64,000 bases of DNA from Schizochytrium sp. TIO01 (GCA_004764695.1 SMSO01000037.1:348747-412746), one strand, 5' to 3'. Counted from the stretch's first letter, positions 26,180 to 38,200 are shown. Notes: generated by a model from the letters alone, not told the origin. Translations and numbers: made by a program.

Positions 26180-28327
26180 CTAAAGCATCGCCTCTCCAGG
26201 GTCGCTTTGCGAAGAGATGATTCCAGCAGCACGCCGGAAAAGTTTTGCGTATCGCTGAATAAGTTTTTCTACAAGTTCACTGTCTTTGTCTGAAATCGCT
26301 TGGTCAATACCCGGCAAAACTTTGGCATCATAACCAAGGTATAGGCCAGGTGCTTGGAGGATGTGCTTGAACCAAGGTCGGTGCGGAAGGCCCGCAGGAT
26401 CCAGGAATAAGCGCTCATGGAATCCCAATAGGCTATTATCATGACAGGGAGCGTTCTTAGCAGCAACCTGATAGGTCTTTACTGCGTTCTGCATCTCGGA
26501 AAAGTCAACTTCATGGGCAATAGACTTTAAGTGGTCTACGTAATGTTCAAGAGCTGCTCCGTGATCTGTAAGGGAGATAGGCAGAGTCGGTGCAGCAGCA
26601 AACCGCACCAGCAACACACCAATGAGCTTGGCAAGTGAGACATGGTGAGTAAAAGTTGGGTCTGCCTCCTTTTCGATCCAGGTGTAGCTATCAAATGTGC
26701 TATGATACACTCCATACGTAGGAGACGAGGCCGGGCCAAACCGCAGGTCCATTGAAGCGATTCCCAAATGATCCAGAAACACAGTGTAGTCAGACCCTGA
26801 TCCAAGCGTTCCAAGGTGAAGGTTCCAGTCATCAGCTAATGTCTGGCCAGTCGTAGTATTAGTCACAACAACTTTGGCTGCATCAAGGATGGCACGTCCT
26901 ACAGACGGGGACGCAGATGCGTAAAACTGAGAACCTGAAACACCTACATCCGTATTAATGTACACTGCTGCTCTAGAAAGTAATCCATCTGCATGTGCTT
27001 CGCCCCATCCTGTGGAACCTAACAAACCGAATTCCTCCCCAGACCAAGAACCAAGGATGATTGTACGGCGTGGACGCCACCCACCTTGTACAAGCTTGCC
27101 TAGGGAACGTGCTACTTCCATAAGAACCGCCGAGCCAGAGTTCGGGTCAGCAGCACCAAAAACCCAGGCATCACGATGGTTGCCAAGAATGATAGGCTGG
27201 TCTTCTGCAGGGGCTAATGTCCCGGGGATTCGAGAGATTACATTCCATATAGGCTTCACCTCCCGAGTGTTATTCACATGCATCCGCACCTCCCACCCAC
27301 TTGAAGGCCCAAGCTTGTAGGTTACATTCAGAGCTCCTACAAAGCTCGGTGGCGCAAGCGGTCCTGCCAAGCGCTGCAAAAGAGGAATAGCATCTTCATA
27401 GCTGATTGGAATCGCAGGAATCGAAGGAATGAGCTCATTCTGCTCAAATCCACAACGAGTTTTGCTATCAAATCCCGACGCTGCACGCGCAGGATCTCCA
27501 GCGCACAAAGAGTTGAATTGAGCAGAACCGCGCTGTACACTTGAGGCAGGGCGCCAAGGTCCATTCGGATACACCTGACCCTTGCCATATCCGTCGTCCT
27601 CCGGATCACTGTAGATGAGAACAGCACTTGCGTTGTATGCTTGGGCGTTCATAATCTTCAATCCTCTGAAACATTCTCCATAGCGAACTAAGGCAATCTT
27701 GCCAGAAAGATTGATGCCTTTGGACACAAGGACCTCAAAGTCTTCAGGCCGGCCATAATTGGCATAGACAAGCTCTCCTTTTGCCTCACCCGTGGCTGCA
27801 TAGGCCAGGAAGGTTAAATTGCGAAACTTAGAACCTGACGTAGGGTCCTCTTCAAGAATGGCTTCCTCGAGCTTCGGGCTCCATCGGTCGCTCTCATCAC
27901 TTGTAGAAACCACCTCGATACCGCGTTCCACTGGGTAGGACAAAAGGGCATCCATTGGTACAATCTCTGTATGTTCGAGCCCAAATTCGCGCATCATGTC
28001 CCTCGTGAATTGAGCCATTTCCAGGTCTCCAGCCGTGCCTGCCATGTGTTCTGTACTTGCATAGTGCTTTAGCCATTTGTGAGCCATCTCAGGTGCTGGA
28101 ACACCCATAATTGCATCCTCAATTGCATCTTCGGCGCAGAACATCTTTTGCTTGATTTTGTCTGCATGGGTTTTGCCAAGACGAGAGCTTTTCAGCCCCG
28201 AGTTCTTCAAGCGATCAGCTTCCACGATCTTGTACAGATCAAGCGAAACTTCACTCGTCGGCACACATGCGTTTGCCGAGGCCGCCAAGCCCATAAGCAG
28301 TACTACCGCGAACCTTTTCCCAAGCAT
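26180..28327 (-). CDS. Glutamate carboxypeptidase II-like M28B metallopeptidase (PA domain + peptidase M28 + TfR-like dimerisation domain), predicted secreted, 715 aa
   Basis: Single intronless ORF with an N-terminal signal peptide (MLGKRFAVVLLMGLAASANA). PA motifs ELVYANYGRPEDF and IALVRYGECFRGLK. Zinc-binding and catalytic motifs GNHRDAW, GAADPNSG, SWSGEEFGLLGS, YINTD, GSGSDYTVF and YHSTFD. C-terminal ERLFLDPAGLPHRPWFKHILQAP matches the TfR dimerisation domain. Confidence 0.95.
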   Translation of the reverse strand: MLGKRFAVVLLMGLAASANACVPTSEVSLDLYKIVEADRLKNSGLKSSRLGKTHADKIKQKMFCAEDAIEDAIMGVPAPEMAHKWLKHYASTEHMAGTAGDLEMAQFTRDMMREFGLEHTEIVPMDALLSYPVERGIEVVSTSDESDRWSPKLEEAILEEDPTSGSKFRNLTFLAYAATGEAKGELVYANYGRPEDFEVLVSKGINLSGKIALVRYGECFRGLKIMNAQAYNASAVLIYSDPEDDGYGKGQVYPNGPWRPASSVQRGSAQFNSLCAGDPARAASGFDSKTRCGFEQNELIPSIPAIPISYEDAIPLLQRLAGPLAPPSFVGALNVTYKLGPSSGWEVRMHVNNTREVKPIWNVISRIPGTLAPAEDQPIILGNHRDAWVFGAADPNSGSAVLMEVARSLGKLVQGGWRPRRTIILGSWSGEEFGLLGSTGWGEAHADGLLSRAAVYINTDVGVSGSQFYASASPSVGRAILDAAKVVVTNTTTGQTLADDWNLHLGTLGSGSDYTVFLDHLGIASMDLRFGPASSPTYGVYHSTFDSYTWIEKEADPTFTHHVSLAKLIGVLLVRFAAAPTLPISLTDHGAALEHYVDHLKSIAHEVDFSEMQNAVKTYQVAAKNAPCHDNSLLGFHERLFLDPAGLPHRPWFKHILQAPGLYLGYDAKVLPGIDQAISDKDSELVEKLIQRYAKLFRRAAGIISSQSDPGEAML

Positions 28328-30776
28328 CGTCTTTGCTGATTTCTATCCCAAGGCCCAAGGCCCAAGGCCCAGTTAATATGAAAGGTTCTCTCAACACGTC
28401 AACAAATAGCGAGAGCTCGGTTGGTGAGCCCTCTTGCTCGGGAGACCTTTTCCTCACAAGAGTTCTCGTGATTCAACTCCTCTGGATTGCCCAAGAAGGT
28501 TTGGGAATTGTTCGCATTCCAGCATTTGTCAAGAAACGTAATAGATTTTCGCATAGGTATGTATCTAAGAGTGTGATTAGAGGAATTCTTCAAAAGATCA
28601 TAAAACCTCCCAAGCACTCATTCACGTTCAATACATACCTACGCAAAGATCTGTCGTAGAAATTGCTCGATGCTTTGACGTGCTTGGTCATCAACACATA
28701 TTTGTAACTCGTGCACAGTGACACACTTGTCTAGAGCAGCATGCAACCCATGGGTGTCTAAATCCATCCGCTACGATCAAGATCATCCAGGTTGTGCCGG
28801 TACCTCGTATAGTTTCAGATCAAAGCAACTCCAGGAATTGTGATATTGCATGCTTTTAGTGGGCTTCGATTTGGGCCTTCTTCCTCAGCACGTGGCTTGA
28901 GGTACAAAAGGCAGGCCTTGATCTGAAACAAGCTGCTCGCTCCAAAGGTAGTAGGTACGGCGATGTCAACACGCCCAATTATTATCACGATCATGCTGAT
29001 CAGCGTCGTTATGTCTGCGGAGGCGGAGGGAATTGGTTCTTGACTCAATCTTCCTGTCATGTATGTGGCTCGCCGAAAACAACGCCAGTTGAGAAGGCAT
29101 CTCCGGAGAAACTAAATGATCCTCCGTCAGTGCAATACAAAGCCTTCATTTTTGCGCCATCGGATAATCTTTTCATTCAGCCGTTGTGTTGGATGTAAAA
29201 GGACACAAGAGTCACCCAACTCATCCCCACTGAGTTACTCCGAGTCGAGGACATCCCTAGTAACGACTCCACCTAAGCATTCCCATTATTTTTGCTACTC
29301 TCTCTGAAGATTTTGAAAAGAACACCCCCCCTCACAAGAGAAAACTTAGATTAGTGAACGTTCAAAACTGTACTGGCTCACACACCGCGGCGAGGGTACT
29401 TAGCGAATGTATCAACACGGTCGATGTCGATCTGAGTTCATCTGGCTCTAGGTTCTTCTTTAAAACAGTGATAAGTTATCGAACCTTGAAGGCATCATCT
29501 ACCTAGCAATCCAGGGTATGAGGCAAGGGCAAGGTTTCCTTGGGTCGTCTTTGCTTCTGATCGCCTAAGCTTTCTCTCTCCCGAGCTATGCACCCGCGCG
29601 CGCACGTTTTTTAATGGTTTTAATTGTTCTTTTTCTGTTCTTTTTTCTTCTTCTATACTAAGCACGAGTTTGCAGTGTGCACACCGGAGGAGAAGAGAAG
29701 CTGATGACTGAGCCTTCGCAAATGGGGTAAACGCGCCATAAATAGTGGATAAATGTTGTACAAGTGGAGAATAGAGGTTGTGCAAGAGAAGAATCAAACC
29801 CACAAGTAGATCTTCTGATCAACGCGGTACTTAGGTGTTAAAGTACTCGTACGTAGGTAGCTGGAAGCGGGCAAAGAAAGTTGCAGAGCACTCACTGCAA
29901 GTAAAGTCCAAGTTTGAGGGGTTCACATCTCCGTTTGAAGGTATCTTGCTCAGGCCATGGGCTCTTGGTGCTCTTGATGGGGCAGGCAGCAGGCAGGTCA
30001 GCATTTCCTTGCGGGACCCGAGGCCTTCGTCGACGCGCGATAAGTATTTGGATCATCTTTGCTATTGTTTACAATTTTGATCGTATTTTATTGTTATCTT
30101 CTCGCTATGACTTGTTATGGGTTACTGCTAAGGTATGTACTCTACAGTACAAGTAAAAATGTTCTCCTTCGAGATCCTGGTTAAATAGCAAACTAGGACA
30201 ACAAAGTCGTTCATCCTCGCTCGTCTGGAGCGCGACTAGCTACTGCTGCCGGTTGCCCCGCTCCGCTGCGAAAGCCTGCGGCCTGCTAGCCTTCGACACC
30301 CACGACCTGTGTGTACAAGCAGCTAGCTGGCGATCGAGGGCGGCGCTTAGATACTAGATCGATCTATAACTGTGAGTCTCTGCGGTCTGGGGAGAGAAGG
30401 AGAAAGAAACAGAGAAAGCCCTCTTTCGAGAGACGTCGAGCAAAACCCGATCGTGTTCGAAAACTTGCTGTCGAAGAGAGGACTGATCTTTGGGATTGCG
30501 GTGGTCTTGGATCTCGTTCTGAGTACGGCCCGGGGTCGATCTAAGAACTTCGATTCAGGTCCAAGGATCAATTTTTGTGAAAGGATATAACTAACTCACA
30601 TTGCTTATACGATTTCACCTTGAGGTGACTGACGTCTTGGCCTTGAATTGGGCACGTTTAACTATATATAGAAATCATCTTCGCTGAGCTATAGACTCAG
30701 GGAAAGCAACAAACTACATTGGTCGCTGACGGGATCTGCTTGTTGATTAGAAAAAAAGTTCCTCGAATTTGAGACC
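28328..30776. promoter_or_regulatory. Divergent intergenic region holding the promoters of the peptidase (-) and E1 (+) genes; possible E1 5'UTR intron ending at 30750
   Basis: Head-to-head gene orientation; GC-rich patch at 30225-30350; branch-like GCTGAC at ~30725 and TTAG acceptor at 30750, just before the ATG. Confidence 0.5.
28347..28371. repeat. (CCCAAGG)x3.5 heptamer repeat 20 bp upstream of the peptidase ATG
   Basis: cccaaggcccaaggcccaaggccca. Confidence 0.9.
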
Positions 30777-33700
30777 ATGAGCAACGCCAAAGGAACCGCA
30801 GCCGCATTTGCGGAGCTTGAGGGCGACGCGTACGCTATGGATCGATACTCCCGCCAGATCGGTGCTTACGGTGTGGAGGCCATGGCAAAACTCATCAAGA
30901 TGAAGGTGCTCATCGTGGGACTTCGTGGCGTGGGTATTGAGATTGCGAAAAACCTTATCCTCGCTGGCCCTGGTGCTGTCACAGTTGCCGATGCGAACAT
31001 CACAGAGATTCGCGACCTCGGCTCAAACTTCTTTCTTACAGAAGACCACGTCGGCAAGCTTACAAGAGCTGAGGCGTGTGCCCCTCAGTTACAGGCCCTG
31101 AACCGTCTTGTGGACGTCAAAGCCCACACTGGTGCAATTACCAAGGATTTGGTGCGTGCTCACACCGCTCTTGTTCTCTGTGAGCCCACACGCGAGGAAG
31201 CGTTGACGTGGAATTCCTACGCTCGTCTGCACAATGTCGCTTTTTACGCAACCGGTATCCACGGTCTCTTTGGTTATGCCTTCGCTGACCTTGGCAGCGA
31301 GTTCACAATTAAAGACCGCACCGGAGAAAGCACTGTGAGCCGTATTATCGACTCGATCGATACCGAAGGCTGTGAACCCGGTGAGATCATTGTCCACATC
31401 CTGCCCCCTCCTGATGGGCAACGCCACAACATGGAGGATAATGATCATGAAGGTTGGGTCACATTCGACGAGATTGAAGGCCCGTTGGGGGCCGTTCTGA
31501 ACAACAAGGGACCCTTCCGCGCCCATCACCACAACAAGGAGCGTCACGATGCCAAGACTGGTAAAGACATCAAGGTCTTTGACGCATTTTCCCTTCGTAT
31601 TGTTGTGGATCCTTCTGGCAAGGTAACCGTCCCGGAATACACGCAAGGTGGCGGACAACTCCTCCAGACAAAGGTCCCTGTAAGCGAGAAGCACAGGCCG
31701 TTGGACGAAAATCTCGAGCAACCAATTGCACCTGGAGATTACTCTCTTATGTTCACAGATGGTGCGAAGTTTGGACGTGCTGAACAACTCCATGTGGCCC
31801 TTCAAGGCCTGTGGGAATGGCAAAGCGAAGAAGGTCGCTGGCCCACTCCGAATAACGATAATGACGCCGATGCAATTATTGAGGTTGCTGTGAAGCGCAA
31901 TGAAGCACTTTTAGCCAAGCTGAAACGTGCTATGGAGGAAGAGGACCATGATGATCACCCACCTGTCCTTGCTTTGGAGGAGGTTGACGAGGAGATCATC
32001 AAGCTGGTTGCCCAGCATGCCGACTGCTCCTTCCAACCTCTTTGCGCATTCTTTGGTGGCATTGTAGCACAAGAAGTTGTCAAGATTAGTGGAAAGTTTA
32101 CACCCCTGCACCAGTGGATGCATGTGGACTGCTTTGAGGTGCTCCCTGAGAAGTTTACAGATCCTCCTATCACTGTAACCGCTGCTGATCGCGCCCCGTG
32201 CTCGTCTCGGTATGATGATCTCATTGCCATTATCGGCAAGCCCCTCCACGATGAAATCCTGCGCAAGTCTACCTTTATGGTTGGTTGTGGTGCACTTGGA
32301 TGCGAGCTTCTGAAGAACTTTGCCCTACTTGGCGTTGGCTGCGACCCTGATGGCAACGGTCTCATTACAGTTACCGACAATGACCGCATTGAGGTCTCTA
32401 ACCTTTCACGCCAATTCCTGTTCCGTGAGCACAACGTTGGCCAGCCTAAGTCTGTTGCTGCCAGTGAAGCGGTTGCCGATATGAACCCGGCGGTGAAAAT
32501 TGTTGCCAAGCAGGACCTCGTGGCTCCTGATACCGAACACATTTTCGATGATGATTTCTGGGAGTCTCTGGATTTTGTCACCAACGCTCTCGACAACGTG
32601 AAGGCTCGTCTTTATGTGGATAGCCAGTGTGTGTTTTACAACAAGCCTCTGCTCGAGAGTGGAACTCTTGGTACAAAGTGTAACAGTCAGACCATTGTAC
32701 CCAAGCTTACCTGCTCCTATGCGGACGGCCCTAAGGATGAAGCAGGTGATGCTATTCCAATGTGTACCCTGCGTAACTTTCCTAGCACTATCGAACACGT
32801 TGCGGAGTGGGCCCGAGCTCGCTTTGAGGACCAGTTCACTACGGCTGCTACCGAAGCTTCTAACTTCATCAAGTCTCCTGAGGAATGGATTGAGGCTCTC
32901 AAGGCCAAGACTGTAGACGTTGAGGAATCTGGCAAGCGTCTCTCGTCCATCGAGATGGAAATCAAACCTCTTCGCTCTGTCGTCCATGTCCTCTCCCAAG
33001 CGTCTTCTCCTGACATGTGCTATGCCACATGTGTCAAGGAGAGTTTTCTCTTGTTCCACACTCTCTTTCGCGACCCCATCATCTCTCTCATCCGAACCTA
33101 TCCAGAGGATGCCACAGACCGCAAGGGCAACCCGTTTTGGTCTGGTACGAAGCGTTTTCCTCAGGTGATTAACTTTGATGCTGAAAATGAGACCCATCTC
33201 TCTTTTGTCATATCCGCGAGCATTATCTTCGCTGTCAACTACGGTCTACAGCCTGCAGACCAGTCCCTTCCCATGGACCACTTTTGGCGCGACCCGGAGC
33301 ACGTCAAGAAAATCCTTGCAACTTTTAAGCCCCCCCCCATTGTTGAAGAAAAGGTCGATATGAGCGGCGGTGGCGAGGACGATGGTAACGATGCAGACAT
33401 GGATGTGGACGATGATCTTACTCTGCGCGAATTCGATTCACTTTTGGAAGAGCTTACCACCATGGTGGACAAAGCTAAGGATGTCACGGTTGAGCCAGCT
33501 GAGTTTGAGAAGGACGATGATTCTAACGGCCACATTGACTGGATCTCTGCGGCAGCCAACTTGCGTGCCACCAACTATCGAATCAAAAATGCACCGCGTC
33601 ACAAGATCAAGCTCATTGCTGGAAAAATTATTCCAGCCTTGGCCACCACCACAGCATCTGTTACTGGTCTAGTAATGATTGAGATGCTCAAGGTTGTGCA

Positions 33701-34208
33701 GCCTGGAAAGCAGCTTGAGGCTTATAAGGATTCCTCTAACAATCTTGGCATTAACGCCTACTTCTTCAGTGAGCCGAGTCCTCCTGAAAAGGCTCAAGAT
33801 GAGTATGATCCTATTGAGATGAGTGAAGTTAAGTGCATCCCGCCTGGGTACACCAAGTGGGACAAGACTGTCATTCGCTCTGCCAAGGGTTCGCTTAACG
33901 TCAAGGACTTCTTGGATGCTTTCCACGAACAGACTGGTGTGACATGCACGGATATTATGCATCCGCAGGCTAATCGTCCTGGCACCCAGGGCGCTGGTAA
34001 GTTCCTCTGGGCCGCCAGCTCCTACGACAAATCTGCGCGCGCTACTTTTGAGGCACGTATGGAGGTCCCCATTGAGGAGATCATTTTAGAAGTCCACGGT
34101 GAGGACGCTCTCCCCTCGAACCGTCGCTACACGCGTCTTCAGGTTTCATGCGAGAACGAGGATGGAGACACGGTCAAGGTTCCCGAGGTTGTTTACTACT
34201 TTGCCTAA
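30777..34208 (+). CDS. UBA1: Ubiquitin-activating enzyme E1 (UBA1-type), 1143 aa
   Basis: Inactive adenylation domain (YSRQIGAYG...KVLIVGLRGVGIEIAKNLILAG); ATP-binding MVGCGALGCE (~32277); DNDRIEVSNLSRQFLFR; NALDNVKARLYVD; catalytic IPMCTLRNFP (Cys codon 32763-32765); FWSGTKRFP; EFEKDDDSNGHIDWI; KLIAGKIIPALATTTA; C-terminal ubiquitin-fold domain. Start context is gagaccATG. Confidence 0.96.
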   Translation: MSNAKGTAAAFAELEGDAYAMDRYSRQIGAYGVEAMAKLIKMKVLIVGLRGVGIEIAKNLILAGPGAVTVADANITEIRDLGSNFFLTEDHVGKLTRAEACAPQLQALNRLVDVKAHTGAITKDLVRAHTALVLCEPTREEALTWNSYARLHNVAFYATGIHGLFGYAFADLGSEFTIKDRTGESTVSRIIDSIDTEGCEPGEIIVHILPPPDGQRHNMEDNDHEGWVTFDEIEGPLGAVLNNKGPFRAHHHNKERHDAKTGKDIKVFDAFSLRIVVDPSGKVTVPEYTQGGGQLLQTKVPVSEKHRPLDENLEQPIAPGDYSLMFTDGAKFGRAEQLHVALQGLWEWQSEEGRWPTPNNDNDADAIIEVAVKRNEALLAKLKRAMEEEDHDDHPPVLALEEVDEEIIKLVAQHADCSFQPLCAFFGGIVAQEVVKISGKFTPLHQWMHVDCFEVLPEKFTDPPITVTAADRAPCSSRYDDLIAIIGKPLHDEILRKSTFMVGCGALGCELLKNFALLGVGCDPDGNGLITVTDNDRIEVSNLSRQFLFREHNVGQPKSVAASEAVADMNPAVKIVAKQDLVAPDTEHIFDDDFWESLDFVTNALDNVKARLYVDSQCVFYNKPLLESGTLGTKCNSQTIVPKLTCSYADGPKDEAGDAIPMCTLRNFPSTIEHVAEWARARFEDQFTTAATEASNFIKSPEEWIEALKAKTVDVEESGKRLSSIEMEIKPLRSVVHVLSQASSPDMCYATCVKESFLLFHTLFRDPIISLIRTYPEDATDRKGNPFWSGTKRFPQVINFDAENETHLSFVISASIIFAVNYGLQPADQSLPMDHFWRDPEHVKKILATFKPPPIVEEKVDMSGGGEDDGNDADMDVDDDLTLREFDSLLEELTTMVDKAKDVTVEPAEFEKDDDSNGHIDWISAAANLRATNYRIKNAPRHKIKLIAGKIIPALATTTASVTGLVMIEMLKVVQPGKQLEAYKDSSNNLGINAYFFSEPSPPEKAQDEYDPIEMSEVKCIPPGYTKWDKTVIRSAKGSLNVKDFLDAFHEQTGVTCTDIMHPQANRPGTQGAGKFLWAASSYDKSARATFEARMEVPIEEIILEVHGEDALPSNRRYTRLQVSCENEDGDTVKVPEVVYYFA

Positions 34209-35288
34209 TCGTTTACTTTGTTTCATCGCAACATAATTTACTATGCCTACTCATGTAGATTGTTTTTTTCTATGTCATTTTCTTTCTCTCTTATCACTTT
34301 TCTTTTTTCTTTCTTTTTTTCCTTTTTCATTCATAAAATGTTCCAGGACATGAACTCTTGTAAATCACAAGCACAATTTTGTGAACAGGAAAATTCCAGC
34401 TACCCGTGCAATTGATTTTTGCCATTTTGATTCTTAAAGTGAAGTTACCTCGAAATGCTAGTCTGGACGACCAGGCCATACAATTTTTACAGTCCTTCAT
34501 TATCAACAAGTATTTTTTTAACGTTGTATTATGATCCATCTCACAGTAACAATAGATTATGTGAGTAATATCTTTGAATAGTATCCTTCGATGGGGGTAT
34601 TCAGATGAGATTTTCTTGGGTGATCTTCGAATTTTGTTCCTCGCAGCTTGATTCTCACTATTCTCAATAGAATATTCATTTTTCCAAGCGGAGAAATAGA
34701 TGCTGAAGGTAGTGAAATAAATTAGTTGTTTACCTGTACAATGCTAGCCTGATCTCTCCTAAGTAGTGCTGTTTACGCATCCTATAGCAGAGATCTTCAA
34801 ACCTTCTCTTGTGCACCATTTCCTAAGTTTCCTCTACCCCCATCCTATAAGTTAAATCAGTGCCAGCGTTCTCTGGTTCCCCCGTTCTAACCGTTCCGTT
34901 CTATTTAAGTGACCTACTTTTGAAATAGTCCTCTTTAAATTTTCCCATCCTCACGTAAGCTTGCCAACGATAATGCTAGTGTAAACACTATGCAGGAGAA
35001 CCAACTGGCACTCCCAAAGAAACGAAAAGAAAATCAAACAACCAGAGCCCATTCAGAAGGAAGACCGCGCTACAGTTGAGAGCGCGGTGCCCCGCACGTC
35101 AAAAAGAGCTTATATTACTGGTCTAAACCTCTTTGGGTCTTACGCTTTGATCACCCCCAAACTACAGGCCTCTTGAGTAAGGCTTGACGGTGGCGCTTGT
35201 TCGATCGCCTCTTGAAAATAGATTGTTCGATCGGCTTGCTGCGAAAGGTCCCTTGACTTAGAACTCTTCCTGACACCCTGGAGTCACG

Positions 35289-38200
35289 ATGGATAGGTTC
35301 GAGGACGTGCTTCGTGCCAAGGGTAGCCTTGCAGTAGGCAGTCAGCTGAGCCTGACGCAGAGCGAGGGCGACATGGTACTGCTTTGCAATCTTCTCGAGG
35401 AGCTCAAGCCCGAGGACGTGCGTGCTACAATCTCTGCACACGCCGACGACTCTTTGTTGCCAAGTTTCATCAAAGCTGTCTTTAGAGGATCTTCTGTTGG
35501 TGAGGAAGCAGCCCTGCAGCGTAGGCTTGAAGTTTACGCAGAGTCCTTTCGACTGGCACAAAGTGGCAGCCAGCTGCGCAGGGATTCGGTCTTCAATTTC
35601 TTGCTTGTGGAGGCTGCAAACTTGCCAGCAGATGTGCTTGCAAGCCTCGCAGAAAAGGCACTGGCGAGTGTTCATAAAGATCCTGTGTTGGCCAAAGATA
35701 ATGCGTCGAAAGTGGATATCTCAAATGTAGTGGTAGTATCGAATGCAGAGGATAGGTGGTCACCGTTTGAGTTTTTGCCTGCATTGCTTGTTCGGATTGT
35801 CGATTTGCCGCCTGGAGGCGTGGACCCGCGTGGATTGTGCACCGAGGACCTCTCAATGCATAGTGGTAGACAATTTGTTCTGCAGGTGCTAAGGGACGTT
35901 TGCAAGAGGGCATGGCCGGCGAATGCAGCGACCATGATCATTTCCACACTACAGGAGATGGCCTCGCACTTCTCAGAAGATCTGGTTGTTGAGATTGTAC
36001 GCAAAGGCATGCACCAAATCAGAACCACCACGTACCCGGACCTTCCGCGCCTGGTTCAACAGCTTTTCCTACTCCTCACAAGCGTCTCTATGAAACCGCA
36101 GCGGCAGGTTGAAGCTATTGATGAGCTTATCTTTGTACTTGAAGACCTGAATACTCGGTATACAGATACGGAAGATCCTGATATTATTCTTGGAAAGGAG
36201 AACAAAGATCAAAGTCAAAACACAAGTCAGGGTCTTGATGCAATGCAGCTTGAAGAGTTTAAGACCCTACTTCAGGCTGAGGGAGCCATTGTCAGCCACT
36301 TTTGCATGACTGCTGCCAAACATCTTGACCTTGGCCGTGCCTTTGTTAAAACATGTGCCCACTCACAGAATGGAGTCATGCAGCTTACACCTGTGCGAGT
36401 TGCCTTTCTTTTGGGCCTCGCAAAAATTAAGCGTCTTGAAACCCATGTTGTTGATGTATTTATTGCTCGTGTTTCTATGGCCAGCGCCTGCAACGTACGT
36501 GCGAAAGCCTCCCGTTGGATATCATCCTGGTGCAAAGCAGGTCAGCCGACTCAGCATGTATATTATCACAATCATGTTCCGCTACCGGTCGACAAAGATG
36601 CTGCTCTTATTGAATTGAGAGGTGACGGGCTATTTTCTGTATTCGATACTGTTATCGAGTACTCTGTGCGTGGTGGCTGGGATGCTGTGGTCCAAAGCCT
36701 CGCCCTTGTTGGTGTACAGCTTATGGACACGTCGAATCAGTATCGTCCTGCGCACCGCATCGCACGAGATGTACGCCAGCCGGGCTATGACAATGTATTT
36801 CCAACTCGTGATCGAATCCTTCTTGATGCTAAAGACCCTCACGTGATTGTAGGCGAACTTGGTGTCAACATCTTGAGCACAAGTTTTGCAAAGCACAGTA
36901 TAGTACAGCGTGATGTATTAGAATGTATTAAAATGCGACTTGTTAGCGCATCAGGATCCATAGCTGATCATGGAGTGATCCAGGTTGTGCGTCTTTTGGC
37001 AGCGCTCGTAGACCAGGCTCCAGAGCTTCTCTTGAGGGAAATGACAAGTCTAAAGGACATGCTTGCAGGGCTACCACGTATTTCTCCTCGTACTGCAGCT
37101 GGCATTCTATTGGCTCTTCAACCTCTTTTTGAGGTTCGTGCTGACATGGTGGACTTTGGTATTTTGGTGTTTCGAAAAGCCCTTTTTCAGCGCGATCTTC
37201 AACCGCGCCTTGTTGCTGTGCAGGGTTTGCTCCTCTTGTTACGCTGTTGTCCTTTAGAACAACAAACCGAAATAATCAATTGCGTGCACCGGTGTCTTGG
37301 TCACCAAATGCAAGTTCGTGCAACTCTATATGCTGGTCTTGGCGCAGTTCAGACTGATAATGCCGAGTTACGCGCTCTGATTAAGGATATGCTATGCTCT
37401 CATCTCGAGTCTATGTTAGTCGTCCCTATCACAAGCACATCGTCGTCGTCATCGAGTTTAGCAAAGATGGCTAATGGTGATGATAATGAGGACATCGATC
37501 ACGAGGACGAATCTGCTGCAACTCAACCTCGGCAAAAGTCATCATCCATAGATGATGATTCTGGGGTGTTTCCGTTGCTGGTCGCAGAACGGTGTTTGGA
37601 TCGTAGTTCGGGCAGTATTGCAGATCCAGTCCATATATTGCTGGATGCCCTACTCAGAATTGGAGCCACAGATGTTGTTGCACAAGTTCCACGAGCGTCT
37701 TTGCGTCTTTTCTGGGCCTCTTGAGTCATTGGGAAGTAGTTCACTTCCTTTGTCTATATGCGAAGTTCTTTTGCATTACAAATTTGATAAACGTCTGTGG
37801 ATTCTACTTTGTAAGCTTATGGGAACTTCTTCTTCTTCTTCTTCTTCGGGGATGCACGCTAGTACAAGCGGGCGTAAATCTCGCAAAGGAGCTCTAGCTG
37901 CTCCAGCTGATGATGATGAAGCCCAAAATCATGACGCTGACGACGCTGAGGCTGACGATGCCGAGCCTGGCGAAGCAAGCGAAGATCTTCCAGCTGCAAC
38001 GCAAACCGCACAATCACTGAGTGTACGGCAGCTGCTGGATTTACTTGATCAAGATGAGATCCCACAAGTAGTTCGTCAATTTGCATTGTCGTCTCTGGCT
38101 ACCAGCTTGCATCTCCTTCGAGAAACTCGTAAGGTATCTGCTCAGGAAGCACAAGATCGCATTCTGGGTATTGACATCAATGGATGTTGCGATGCTGCAC

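Noticed and set aside
31089-33985. Long antisense ORFs inside E1 (also those overlapping the peptidase, FANCI and gene B, e.g. 48879-49736)
   Set aside because: Shadow ORFs caused by the codon bias of the real genes; no recognisable motifs.
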